DNA of 64,000 bases. It comes from Salisapilia sapeloensis CBS 127946 (Eukaryota; Protista; Oomycota). The notes beneath the pieces are model-generated. The model had not been told where the DNA came from. It saw only the letters and a program-made list of their open reading frames with translations, and did not search any database. The DNA lies in assembly GCA_023334545.1 (NCBI GenBank), contig JAADVB010000051.1, positions 27,444 to 91,443 on the forward strand. The letters are read 5' to 3'. Each line of letters starts with the position of its first letter. The first letter of the stretch is position 1. Made by a program: the position numbers and the translations under genes. Shown here one piece after another: positions 11,125 through 23,153 of this stretch.

Positions 11125-12591
11125 GTGTCTCTTGGGCCAATTATCAGTGACAGCATTCGAAAATCTACCGGGATGGAAGGCACCCACGAGACGAACTGTG
11201 AATTCTTTACGCCGACATGTAACCCCACAGGCTTCTACACCTACCTCTTGATATCCCTCTCGCTTATCGCATCTGCAGGATGTGTCGCGGGTCTCACGCA
11301 AGGTCTCCTTGCGCTTGATATGCTCAATATGCGAATCCTCGAAATGAGCGGCTCGGAGACGCAACAACGGCAGGCGAAGAGTGTGCTGCCTGTTATTACC
11401 CGACACCACTTTCTACTTGTGACGTTGCTACTGGTGAATGCTGGAGCGAATGAAGCCCTCCCGATCTTTCTTAGTCGACTCGTACCAGAGTGGCTGTCGG
11501 TCGTCCTCTCCGTTACGTGTGTCCTCATGTTTGGTGAAATCATTCCCACCGCTGTATTCACCGGACCGAGTCAACTCGCAATTGCATCTGCCTTAGCTCC
11601 GTTCGTCAAGGCGCTCATGTTCGTACTAAGTCCGATCGCATATCCCATCAGCCTCGTCCTGGATGCATGGCTCGGTGCAGAGCACGATCCGGCCAAATAT
11701 AAACGCAAGGAGCTTAAGGCTCTGGTGGCACTACAGAAAGAGAATGAGCAGGTGAAGCGGAACATGGTAGAGAACGACCGCCGCCATCGGCAGAGCAAGA
11801 GTCAGACGCCGTCGTCCGCAGCGAAAAGCATGAAAGACCTGGTGCATGACCCACGCCATTCGTCCGCCATCGGAACAGACTTGCACGTGGATGAAGTGAC
11901 AATCATCCAAGGCGCGTTGGACTTGAGCTCCAAGACCGTGAACGACGTCATGGTGCCCATTAAAGACGTCTACATGCTGGACTCGAGTCTGATTATCACG
12001 GAAGACCTCATGGCCGATATCCTCGCGTCCGGACATAGTCGTATTCCCGTCTACGAAGGCAATCGTGCGAATATCCGAGGCCTGCTGCTCGTAAAGCGTC
12101 TCATCGTCGTCGATCCAGAAGACGAGCGCACGGTCGGTGAAGTCTCGCTACGTAAACCAATCGTCGTAGAACCGACTGGATCGTGCTATGCGATTCTGAA
12201 CGAGTTCCAGAAAGGTCGCTCGCACATGGCACTCGTCACGCCGCAAGCCAAGCTCGTGCAAGAGTGTTGGGACGACAACAATCGAGAGATTCCGTCGGAG
12301 CAGGTGCAGCTCACAGGTATCATAACGATCGAAGATGTGCTGGAAGAGTTGATTCAGGAAGAAATCGAGGATGAAACCGATACGTACATGCGTGACATGA
12401 TCGACAAGTGGGAAGCTGCAGCTGGCAAAAGCTCCAGTCCACCGATTGTCGAGACGCAGCTACGCAAGGCGGCCCAACGTGCTCGCTTGCGTATCAAGAA
12501 TCAGAAGAAAGCCAAGGAAGATGATCTCGGTCGCCTAGAAGAAGGCCAACAACCGAGAGAAGACTCGCCGCTACTACCGAAAAGCAATTAA
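11125..12591 (+). CDS. CNNM/CorB (DUF21 + CBS pair) divalent metal transporter; start may be ATG 11173
   Basis: AGLTQGLLALD, HHFLLVTLLLVNAGANEALPIFL, FGEIIP, IAYPISLVLD, GHSRIPVYE, FQKGRSHMALV, GIITIEDVLEELIQEEI. Confidence 0.92.
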   Translation: MSLGPIISDSIRKSTGMEGTHETNCEFFTPTCNPTGFYTYLLISLSLIASAGCVAGLTQGLLALDMLNMRILEMSGSETQQRQAKSVLPVITRHHFLLVTLLLVNAGANEALPIFLSRLVPEWLSVVLSVTCVLMFGEIIPTAVFTGPSQLAIASALAPFVKALMFVLSPIAYPISLVLDAWLGAEHDPAKYKRKELKALVALQKENEQVKRNMVENDRRHRQSKSQTPSSAAKSMKDLVHDPRHSSAIGTDLHVDEVTIIQGALDLSSKTVNDVMVPIKDVYMLDSSLIITEDLMADILASGHSRIPVYEGNRANIRGLLLVKRLIVVDPEDERTVGEVSLRKPIVVEPTGSCYAILNEFQKGRSHMALVTPQAKLVQECWDDNNREIPSEQVQLTGIITIEDVLEELIQEEIEDETDTYMRDMIDKWEAAAGKSSSPPIVETQLRKAAQRARLRIKNQKKAKEDDLGRLEEGQQPREDSPLLPKSN

Positions 12592-12649
12592 ACATTCGCT
12601 GTTTTGAATTTTTTTGACACTATTTGACGTTCATAATCTTGAAGAGTAT

Positions 12650-14469
12650 TCACAGCTCAGCAAAGTCCGACGTTAGCGCTTGTCGGAGGCGGGCGAGAGG
12701 GACAGAGATTGGAGGTAGATCATCCGAAAAAGTATGGCGACTCGTCTTGGGTGGGAAAAGACCATCGGATAACGACATGTCAATCACTTCTTCTTTCGTC
12801 AGACTGTCGCGACCGCATTGAGGCCAGACATCCACGGTGATGCTCTCGTCAGCCAAGTAGTCGACCATGACCACAGGGACGCACTCGAGTCCGAGCTGTC
12901 TACCCACGTGGTAACGATGGTGTCCGTCCAGGATCGCACCGGTGCGTTCATCCACTAGTAGAGGCTCCATGTACGCATCCCACCGAAGCGTCGCTCGTTT
13001 TAATCCATCGACACGATCCCAACTAACTACATGTTCATGTGCCTTGAGCCAACTGACTTTCGCCACTTGCACCTTTTGCTTCTTCGGACTACGTTTCGGC
13101 GGTGCATCAAAGTGGAACTTGTAAAAGTACGATGTTGGGTCGCAGATGCGTGTCATGAAGAACTTTTCACGACACTTGGCATCGGAGCTGAGCAAGTCTT
13201 CGAATGTTGCGCCACGTTGGCGGCAAAACGATGAGGACGGATCGTTCTCTCGAATGGCGTTGAAAAAGTCGGAAGGATCGAACGTTGGACGACGGATGAC
13301 GTCCAAATGTGGACGTAAGTCTTCATTCTCAATCTGACGCAAACGACTGCGGAAGAGACCCTTGGTTAGTGATGCAGCAAGGTGCTGAGCGCCGCAGATA
13401 ATCTTCACAGACACTTCGGTTAGACTCGGTCTACGCTTAAGCTGCTGCGTATCGATCTCTTCCTCCACGCTACTGGTACTAGATGATCGAGAAAGATGCT
13501 CCGTCGTGCCATCGAGTGGAGATGGCGGCTGACGGAGGACAGAGAGGGGGATGGAGACTGGCGGAAGGCGTTCGACAAATCGATGCCGACTCGTCTTGGG
13601 AGGGAATACCTTGTCAGACATGGCCATTGCAACCACCTCGTCTTTCGTAAGAGAGTCACGACCACATCCAGGCCAGACGTCCACCGTGATAGTGTCGTCG
13701 TCGAGATAGTCGACCAAGACGGCAGGCACTTGTGATAGATTCAGTTGCAACGCAACGGTGTACCGGTGGTGGCCATCGAGAATGGCACCGGACTGTCGAT
13801 CCACGAGCAATGGTTCCGTGTACGCATCCCATGTTAAAGTGGCTCGACGTAGTCCATCGACGCGTTCCCAGCTCACAATCTGCTCGTGAGGCTTCAGCCA
13901 ACGAATATCCACGAGTTGGACTTGAGCTTTCTGTGGACTCAAGTGCTTCGGACCGTCGTAGTGAAATTTGTAAAAGTAGGACGTCACGTCCGTGACACGT
14001 GAGAGGAAAAATTCACTCGTCTCGGCTTTGGCAGACGTTTGATCCGAGATGACCGAGTCGTCTTGCGTCACGGAGCGCCACGCATCGGCACGGGCTTTCT
14101 TCGACTCGCTGATCTCATGATCCAGACTCGAATGCTCATCCTGGCAGACACGCTCTGCATCCGCGAGGCGTCGAGGAGCGACGTTGTGAAGCATGTCGGC
14201 TGCCACGTCGCGACGAGATCCTTTCGGATACATGCGCATGGAGAGCTGTCGAATGAGCGATCGCTCGGGAAGGTGCTGCACTTGTTCTGGAGACAGAAAG
14301 TCGTCCTTGTACCTCTCGGTTAACGCCGGATCCGAGTCTCGCTCGTCTTGGCGTATGGGTGGCGCCAACACTCTGTCTGAACTATACAATATTCAAGTGT
14401 TACTACACATTCCAACGAAGCAGACAGTCTGGAAGCAAGTAGATGGTAGGTGTACCTTATTGGCGGCAT
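12650..14469 (-). CDS. Protein with two tandem ParB/Sulfiredoxin-fold, SerK-like domains
   Basis: Two copies of WLKxHE[QH]xVSW...PLLVD..xGAILDGHHRY...VP.V.VDYL...VDVWP...LTK.EV..M......FPPKTSRH.F. Likely ATG at 14469 with intron 14382-14455. Confidence 0.85.
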
Positions 14470-15233
14470 GTCTTACAGGGTATTGCACAGGTTCTGGTAG
14501 CACGTAGGAAGAGATCTAGTCACTTCGACGCAAATTCCAAAGTGACCGGAGCAGAGTGTCCAAGCACCATGTGATAACTTCTGATCTATACTGAATTCAA
14601 GTGAAGTCCAATCCGTCCGTCAAGTGTGGAAAAACAGGGCGAAAAGGTGCAAAACCACCAGAGACGCTTCAACCGATCTCCAGCTAAAGTTTCAAAGGAA
14701 TTGTCCATACCTTACCTCATTTTATTCTTAGCCTAGTGTTATTGTATTGCTTTGCCGTTTTTTCCGAGTCAACTTTTCGCATACCCTGTTCAGCACTGCG
14801 ATCTTACAGAGGCGTTGTCCGTCTGATCTGATGCCAACGAATTAAGCCTTCGTTCCCACCGTCTCAAGCGATAGTCTAAAGAAATTCCCAACGCACAAAA
14901 AGCTTAGGACTATGCTTTGCGACAAGCCTACCTCAGCAGCATTAATGTGAGCTGATACTGGTTGAAGATCGCCGAGTACGACCTCAAGGATGCGTGAGGC
15001 TTTCGAGAAAACGGCGTGCTTTCTCTCGCACTATGCTTTGCTATTGTCTTTATTATAGAAAGCAGGTCAGCTCGCCCCTAATTCGCCGTGTTCAAGGCGC
15101 CCCGTCTATCGGGCTGACAACACGACATTCTAGAGAGCAGCGCATCCCTTCTTTCCTTCTCTTCACCCACCACGACACGAGCTTACCAACGACAACTAAT
15201 CATAGCAAAGATCTCATCAAATTTTCCTCTTAT

Positions 15234-16313
15234 CTATTGCTCCTTCTTGTCCTCTGTCTCCTCCGCTGGCTTCTCCTCCTCTTCTTCCGAATACGCCAGC
15301 AGCTCCTTGAACTCCCCACGGACAGCTGCCGTGATCAAAGCACTGCCGAGACACGCTGGCACTAGGTAGAGTAAAGCCGGTTGCGCCGCGTCAAAGACGA
15401 ACATGACACCGACTGTCGCCACGAGTCCCATGAAATAGGCAGCCAAGTTTGACAAAAAGAATGGTTTCGCAAACGTTTGGTCATCCGTCGTCACTTGAGC
15501 TCGGTGGGCATCAAAGCGAAGCAAAAGCGCGACGAAGATGCCCGGGATGACGATGTCGCCCAAGCCCAACAGCGAGAACTTGGGCTTGTCCAGGTCCGGA
15601 GACAAGTCACGAGGGAAGAGGAGCTTGATAGGAGCGTCAAAGGACGTGGCGACCGTCACCATCACGTCCGTTCCGAACACCCAGAAGATGTCGTAGAAGA
15701 AGAGGCCGCACAACAGGATGGCGCCGACCTTGAAGCTACCCAACGACAGTGCTTCAATGCCCTTAATCGATAAGGAGATACCAAAGATGTTGTTCAATAG
15801 GTAGTGCTTCGTTTGGAACCAAGCGGCCGCGAATGCTGCTGCCAGGACGAACGTGAGCATCCACGCGTGCGATAGCTCTAGTTCATATTTTCCATAGAAT
15901 GGAATGTTAAAGGTACGTCGGTGGACGTGACTGGCGTCCTTAAAGAAGAGTGTGTTGACGAGTGGACTGAAAGCTTCTGTAAGACTGTACGCACTAATGA
16001 GAGCAAAGTAAGCCGTGAGCAGTAGGTTCACGAGATCCTTGTCGAAAACCTTAAACAAGAGGTATAATCCGACAAGCACACCGGAGCCCATTAATGGGAA
16101 CATGTACGCGTCCTCTGCTTTCATCACTTCTTCATTCTTTTCGCCACTTGCTTCACGCTTGTGCTTGAGCTTGAGCGAAAGCGTCGAGCCAATGTACACG
16201 ATAGCAGTCGCAGATGGGATCATCTGTACTGGAATTGGCAACTGGATGTACGCCGGGATTGTCATGAGGAGGAGGAGCAGGCCATAGCAGGCTCCTTGCG
16301 TTGCGGTGACCAT
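15234..16313 (-). CDS. SPP: Signal peptide peptidase (GxGD aspartyl intramembrane protease, HM13/SPP)
   Basis: LFFYDIFWVF (YD), LGLGDIVIPG (GxGD), QPALLYLVP (PAL) and a C-terminal KKEQ ER-retrieval signal. Confidence 0.96.
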   Translation of the reverse strand: MVTATQGACYGLLLLLMTIPAYIQLPIPVQMIPSATAIVYIGSTLSLKLKHKREASGEKNEEVMKAEDAYMFPLMGSGVLVGLYLLFKVFDKDLVNLLLTAYFALISAYSLTEAFSPLVNTLFFKDASHVHRRTFNIPFYGKYELELSHAWMLTFVLAAAFAAAWFQTKHYLLNNIFGISLSIKGIEALSLGSFKVGAILLCGLFFYDIFWVFGTDVMVTVATSFDAPIKLLFPRDLSPDLDKPKFSLLGLGDIVIPGIFVALLLRFDAHRAQVTTDDQTFAKPFFLSNLAAYFMGLVATVGVMFVFDAAQPALLYLVPACLGSALITAAVRGEFKELLAYSEEEEEKPAEETEDKKEQ

Positions 16314-18082
16314 GGTAATGAGGTATGAGCGGTCAGTCGGTGTTTGGTGCCACTTTACTCGGTAGCTTGTTTGGCGGTCAGAAAGCGGACCAGGGTATGG
16401 AATACTAAAATATTAGTACTATTTACGTGGCAACAAGTACTTGGATGTTGAAGTTGAGAGGGCTTTGTGCCCAAGAGGAGCGAGGGATGGAAATGGATTT
16501 ATGGGGTCATCTGCAGTCTTATATGTTTGCTTCGTTGGAAGAGTGGAAAGCTAGAAGGTAGTGGCATCGCAATGTGTCTAGATACGAATGGACGTAAGCG
16601 ATGAAGTCATTTCGCTCAGCGCAGAAATTCACATTGGCATAAAAAATCTTTGGCATAATTTTCATTCACATCGGTTTCTATAGATATGATTGCATTGTTG
16701 AATTTGGTCGCATTTTGAGGTAAAGCATTTAGTCAGTGCGTGCAAACTGAGATCTAAAGTTTTAAATTGAGAATCTACCATCGAATATATTAAAGGACAA
16801 TACACCAGATCACAAGGCGAAACCAAGCTAACTGGAATGCCAGGAAGAAGAAGAGAAAAGTGTTCGTGACTAGTCAGAGAAATAGTAGATGAGGGATGGT
16901 TGAGCGAATATGGAGAATATTATGTCGCGCAGAAAGAGATCAATGAAATCGATCATACCATATTCATGATAGCAAGTATCAGGATGACGGTTGCTGTTGA
17001 CATAGCGAATCTGACATCTAGGATGTGGTCTTGCAATGCATTATTTGCAAGATCATTAAAGAGCTAAAATGGTGAATTTCGCATGTTAAAGCAAAGACAC
17101 TTGTTCTTTGAAACTACGTTTCAAAGAGCTCAAACATACCCAATGTGCACGACCTAACAAATAATCTGTAAGCGCGGCGACGAGATCGACATGTGAGGCC
17201 CTACACTTCTAACTTTCGACCACGATGCAGCAAAGACCCTTTGAATACCTTTGCGGTACATCCATCCCTCTATTTGAATGTGCATAAAGATGGGACGATT
17301 GCCACACGAAGTCATTCGACTGGATTGATGGTGTTGATGTAATCGGGTCGTGATTAGATGTAGACATCGTAGCCAAAGTAGATAATGTGTACTAAATCGC
17401 AAATCTGAGTCATGGAGCTCTATCTTGACTAGAGTTTAGTAATAAAACGTACGAATGAAGAGCTTTAGACGGCAGACAAAGAAATGCTGAACGATTAGTA
17501 GAAGTAGTTTATAGGCTTAATTGCTGAAACATGGTCGGTCGTGACCAATGCACACTAATGTTAATAATAACATAGATTCCACTGGCGAATAGAACTAGAG
17601 ATGGCAGTGCCAAGTTCATGACGTGGGTACTTCTAGTACTAGAAACTTTTCAAGAATGAATACAGCTATAGGAATGAAGTCCAGTTATGTACCGATGAAA
17701 AGTTCCACGAAGTAGAAAATAAGCATGAGAAAACAAGAAACCAACGAAAATGCATTCATATCAGAAGGCACGACAAAACTCAAGCATATAAGAGTAAATT
17801 GCTGCCTGAGAATTATACCATCACTTACTGCTCCAAATAGACTTTTCGAAATCTGTTGAGATATCCAGATACCAAACTGAACTCACATACGATATCCATA
17901 AGATTTCCACCTTTGGCTGATAAAAGCATGTCCTAAAGTACCGCCCTAGTCGTGCTCGGCCCAATTTTCTTGAAAAGTTGACCTTAGACACTTCCCCCAA
18001 GTTACCAGCTACACCAGCTGTTTCGGACGATGGAGCTATCTTTTCGCCTGTACGCACTTTTCCATTACACAATTCGTCTTTG

Positions 18083-19684
18083 ATGGCAAGTATGGCGATG
18101 CTGGTCAGGCGAATGCGTCAATGTATAGTTCTCAGCAGCCGATCATAGGCATGCTTCTCTTCAAAGTATTCTACTTCATCGTACCCAATACTGCCCTTGG
18201 AACCAGTTGAAAAGCTTAACGCCCGTCAACGACGTAATTATCTTCTCGTATGTGCCATGCAGGAATTCTACCAGCGCAAATACCATTTTGCTGTTCAACA
18301 CTCGTTCGTCATTCCAAGCACATCATTCTCAGAAGTATCCAAAGGCAAAACAGAAAATGAAAATGATTAACTGTATCAGCCTTGGCCGGAGGAATTGAGA
18401 GGCTTGAAACTCGGTGCTTGTACATATAGCACCATGAACCATTCTTCTGGTCCCAGCCTCGACCGTTTCGTCATCCAAAAGCTTTCCAAAATCGGGTTTC
18501 CACTTACTATCTGGATAGACTACTACTTTGAAACGGTGGAGCTGGCAGCACTGAAAACCTATCGTACTCTATACGGAGACTGCCTCGTTCCGCAGTCGTT
18601 CACCGTGCCATACCGAGATCCAGCATGGCCTCATCCGAGTTGGGGCCTCAAACTCGGCAGTCGTGTTAGTGACATTCGATGCAATGAAAAATGTCGAAAA
18701 CGCATGTCAGTCGGTTGAATGAAATTGGGTTTACATGCAACTTAAGGGAGATGACTTGGAAGAAGTTCGTAATGCCAGGTCTTCATCTTTATAAGAAAGT
18801 ATACGGGCATGCAAAATCCCCGGGATGTTCAAAGTCCCTCGTGAAGAGCCATGGCCAAAGTACATGTACGACTTTAAGCTCGGGATAGCATGGAAAAATG
18901 TCCGATGCCGAGGGGACTACGAGTAATTCCTCCAACAAGATATGAAGGAGTTGAACGACCTTGAATTCAGCTTTAATCCTCGGCACGATCGATGGAACCA
19001 AGTGATCATGCCTGCCTTGCGAGCATATTAGACCAGGTATGGACATACCGACGTACCAGTTGCTTTCCAGGTCCCATCTTCCAATTCAGAAAGCGAAAAA
19101 TGACCAGAAGGAACGACTGGATTAAAACTAGGTCTAGTGATGAACAATGCCCGACACAGTGGATATAAAGAGATGTCCAAGCACGATGAGCAGGAATTGC
19201 GCAGCAGGAATTTCGTTTGGAACGAGACACATCGTCAAGGGATGAAATACTCTGTAAAATTGTTTCCATCGATGTGGTACTACAAAAAACTGCATGGGCA
19301 TGTAGATATACCAGCGAAGTTTGTCGTTTCGGACGAAGCACCGTGGCCACTTGAATCCAGAGGTTTTATCTAGGACGATGGATTCGAAGGGTGAGGAGTG
19401 GGTATAGGACCGTGACGGACAAAATGCGAAAGGAGTTGAATGAAACAAGATTCATCTGGGACCTTCGTGAATCGAGGTGGGAACGTGTTGTCTTGCCGGC
19501 TTTCAAAGAGTATGCGGAAAATTTTGGGTCCTGTGCGGATATGCCGAGCAGGTACGTGGTTCCAGCTACGGATCCTTTTCCAGAAAACACGTGGGGACTT
19601 CACCTAGGCAATACATTATGGTGTATACGGAATATAGGTTATTATACATCGAAGCCTGAAAGACTCACAGTCATGCTGAGGTAG
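18083..19684 (+). pseudogene. Pseudogenised helicase-associated (HA) domain tandem-repeat protein, ~6 repeats
   Basis: Repeating unit W..V.PAL..Y...YG...VP..F.VP....WP....GLKLG; stops at 18146, 18368, 18924, 19029, 19101 and 19371; several frameshifts. Confidence 0.8.
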
Positions 19685-21090
19685 TGCCATCACTATATCT
19701 TTTGTTGATGGCATTTATAAACAAGGAGAAAGAAGTCTAGGATTTGCGTCCTAAGGTGGATATGCCGTACGACGAAGTACAAAGCGTTCATCCCAACCGA
19801 CATTAATCCAACTCCTCCTCCGTACAAAAAAGTTGCCTTACTTATCTTTCATTTCGAATAAGGTTGTTAGTGCGGAGCGGTTTCGGAGAGCATGATAATT
19901 GAAAACACAACGGAATAAATAAAACTGACAAAAGTATTTTATTATTCATACTAAGCTATAAAAATAAGCAATTATCTTCCTGACCTTGAAAACAATATCT
20001 AGATTATTACAAAAGCCACTTGCTTAGGATAGGAAAACACATATACAACAGTGCTCTTCCACAAACTTGACTAAATTGTTGCTTCTATAGTTTTGGTTTA
20101 TGGCTTTTGCCTCTAGGGTTATTTTTTAACTACTAATGCTTCCCCTCTAACGTCGTGTCCTGTCTTGAAGTCTACCGCATCACTTTGATCGTATATTACA
20201 CTAGAATACTGTGGCTGTACGGATTGCCCGGTCGATATATCTAATTGATTCAAATAACCGATGTTGGAGATTTGGAGTAGACCAACATTATATAAATGGT
20301 AATCTAGTACATGCCTCTAAGAAGCGCGTCGGCTGCTGTTGATACGAATAGTTCTATCGCAATACTATGAAAAGATCAAGATGCTAGTACAACTTGCAAT
20401 GCGCCATTTGGCACAAGTCCGTAGTATACCACTACAATCCTCGAGAGTGAAAGCCTTATCGCATTTAGAATGTCCTCATACACCCACAAATTATACGTAG
20501 GCTTAGAACAGCAAGCAGTAGGCTCATCCAAGCTGATGATAACAGCAATGTAGCATTAAATCTAGCACGGAGATGAGCCACCTATGAGCTTGAGCTCGGA
20601 AACTTGGACGAAAAGGCAATCATTCGAAAGAAAGATTTAGCCAGAATACTAGAACGCGAGTAAATATCTTTCCGTCCGCAGTGAACTGAAATCAAGTGCG
20701 TTTCATCCTGAAAGCGAAGGAAAGGAGGGCATGAGAAGAGGTTTCTCTTGAGAAAATGCAGAAAAAGGATCTCATATAGTAGATATCGTAGGAAGACAGT
20801 ATTCGATGTGCACATGTAAAGATATGTTGAAAGAGAAAGATAGATTGGATATAGAATATAGAGCTCTTCATCTTCGCAAGAAGATATGAGAGTAGATCGG
20901 CAGACAGATATCGGAGGACTCGCGCAGATCGTTTTCACGGGTCATAGGAGGAAGGCAACTGACGTCGATGAACCAACGGTTCATGCAAATCCTGTCTTTC
21001 GTTGATCTTAGCTACGGATAAAAGGGGAACAAATCTTCGTCGAGAGAGGTCGTGTCCAGATGCCTCCAAGGTATCAAGTCGAAGTATAAA

Positions 21091-21767
21091 TTAATACACG
21101 TCCGGTGCATTCGAGTAGTCCGTTCCTGCGCGGTTCGTTGTCTGAAGGTGCACCTGCAGCGCATAGTTTGACTGTTCCAACCGACGAATGTGCTCCGCAG
21201 CCTGTGTCGCGAGCTGTTTCAGCTTCGAATTTTCCTGTTCCTTTTCTTCCTTTTGCTGTTTCTGAATATTAATGGCGCGTTTGAGCACCTTATTTTCCTG
21301 ATTCAGACGCTCTGCGCCTTTTTCCACGTTGGACGTATGCTCTTGCAGTCTGTTGACCTGTATAAATCCAAATCCGTTAGCTCTCCCGATCATATATCTG
21401 TATAAAAAGTGGACGTACCTCTGAACGATACTGCTGTAGCTCTCCATCTTTCTTCATCAGGTGCTGCTCAAATTCCGCCCTATAAAGCATCACCATCAAT
21501 ATACAAAGCACTTCCACTGAAGAAGCAATGTTCATCGTACCGAAGGCGGTTCAAGTCGGCTTGCTTCACCTGTTCAAAGTAGTCCACATGACGCTGCGTG
21601 TACTTTGGTATGTCAGCGTCGCTATTGCCAAAGGCTGTGTCGTCGGAAGTTTCATTCGTGCGCGGCCGCTTCTTGTAGCCGCCGACGTCATAGGTAGCTT
21701 CCGGCGACATCATGCGCGACCGTTTCTTCAGGTTCTGCTGGAACGATGGTGGGGCTAGCGACGTCAT
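21091..21767 (-). CDS. Coiled-coil protein resembling the C-terminus of plant CUE-domain ubiquitin-system proteins, 3 exons
   Basis: Exons 21541-21767, 21419-21480 and 21091-21357 splice in frame; ENKVLKRAINIQ...LEQSNYALQVHLQ...PDVY terminus. Confidence 0.7.
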
Positions 21768-21950
21768 GGCGTATTGTCAACACTCGATTCCTTTCCTCGC
21801 TTCCTTCTCGCAGTGGAAAATTGCTTTGTGCTCCAGAGGTCTCAAGACGCTGGCTTGATATACTTTATTCAAATGAAACGCTGACCCTGTACTTTTGCAA
21901 GAATCGCAATCAAGTACGAAAAAGAAATTAGAAAAAAGAAAAGAGTATCA

Positions 21951-23153
21951 TCATTGGACACATGCTACGATCTCTTCCGCAATCCGCTCGTCCTCGGCAT
22001 GTTTCACAACACTTGATGCAGCTTTATCAAGCTTGTGCTTTGCTACCTCCAATGGCGTAAGACCGTCGTGGTCTTGTACTGTCACGGAAGCTCCGTATTG
22101 TACTAAAAGTTGGACGCAATCAAGATGCTGCCAAGCGACTGCGCAATGTAGTGGCGATCGACGTACGGACGATTGATTGACATCAGCACCAGCAGCCAAT
22201 AGGACATCGACAACACTCGAGCAGCCTGCTGAAGCGGCATAATAGAGCGCAGTGCATTGATCTTGATCGGATAAATTCACATCCACGAGGTTGGATTGGA
22301 TCATCGCTTGGACGAACGCTGCGTGGCCTTCGATGGCAGCATAATGGAAGGGATGCCGTGCACTCACGATATCTCGAGAGTCTGTTACGGGAACATCAAA
22401 CCGAAGTAATAGATCTAATAATGCTACGTCCCCATTGCCTGCTGCTTCATGCCACATCGTCACACCCATATCATCGACGGCATCTTTCTTCGCTCCATGC
22501 TCCATCAAGTAGGATGCAACGTCGATATGTCCATTCCCGATGGCTTCGTGCAATGGAGAGTGGTTCGTCTGGTTACACAGATTGACGTCTGCACCATGCT
22601 GGACGAGTAACTGGACCATGGATAGCCAACCTCGTTGACAAGCAGCACTCAGAGCTGTCGCCTTCATCTCGTTCTGCTCGTTCACGTTTGCATTTGCTTG
22701 GAGTAAATAGCGAGCTACCTCCATCTGATTGGCTTTGGCGGCATACATGAGAGGAGTACGTCCTCTTGTCGTATGAGCGTCCACTAATGAGCCAAAATCG
22801 ACGAGCTGTTGGCAGACGTCGAGATGACCATGGAGAGCTGCTTCGTGCAGTGGTGTAGATGCATACTGCTTGCGACCTCCACTTAGAAGGATGTCGCCAG
22901 CTCCATTGTCTAATAGGATTTGGACGATGCGAGCACTTCCATTGGCAGCAGCTAGATGCAAAGCGGATGCACCTGTATGATCCTGAGTTCGTTGGAGGAA
23001 GTCCACTCGATCCGACATATTCATTTCAGCATCCACTTCATCTACAAGAGCTTGCACTGCATCAGCATCTCCTTTCTTCACCAATTGCAACAACCGTTGG
23101 CCTCGATCAGCTTGTACTCTATTTGCCTTCCACTTGGATCTCCTTCGTCCCAT
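21951..23153 (-). CDS. Ankyrin-repeat protein
   Basis: About 9-10 TPLH.AA..GH..V...L...GA.VN repeats. Confidence 0.92.
   Translation of the reverse strand: MGRRRSKWKANRVQADRGQRLLQLVKKGDADAVQALVDEVDAEMNMSDRVDFLQRTQDHTGASALHLAAANGSARIVQILLDNGAGDILLSGGRKQYASTPLHEAALHGHLDVCQQLVDFGSLVDAHTTRGRTPLMYAAKANQMEVARYLLQANANVNEQNEMKATALSAACQRGWLSMVQLLVQHGADVNLCNQTNHSPLHEAIGNGHIDVASYLMEHGAKKDAVDDMGVTMWHEAAGNGDVALLDLLLRFDVPVTDSRDIVSARHPFHYAAIEGHAAFVQAMIQSNLVDVNLSDQDQCTALYYAASAGCSSVVDVLLAAGADVNQSSVRRSPLHCAVAWQHLDCVQLLVQYGASVTVQDHDGLTPLEVAKHKLDKAASSVVKHAEDERIAEEIVACVQ

Noticed and set aside
17104-17126. 10-bp hairpin TCTTTGAAAC-TAC-GTTTCAAAGA
   Set aside because: A single AT-rich stem of this length is expected by chance in 64 kb; no flanking element or target-site duplication was seen.
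3906-19031. TAG/TAA read as Gln (alternative genetic code)
   Set aside because: Intact conserved genes here end in TAG/TAA (COX16, CK1, ACS, BUD20), and the relics also carry frameshifts.
19700-21000. AT-rich stretch as a possible transposon remnant
   Set aside because: No terminal repeats and no transposase/RT motifs were seen; the 118-aa ORF at 20582-20938 looks non-coding.
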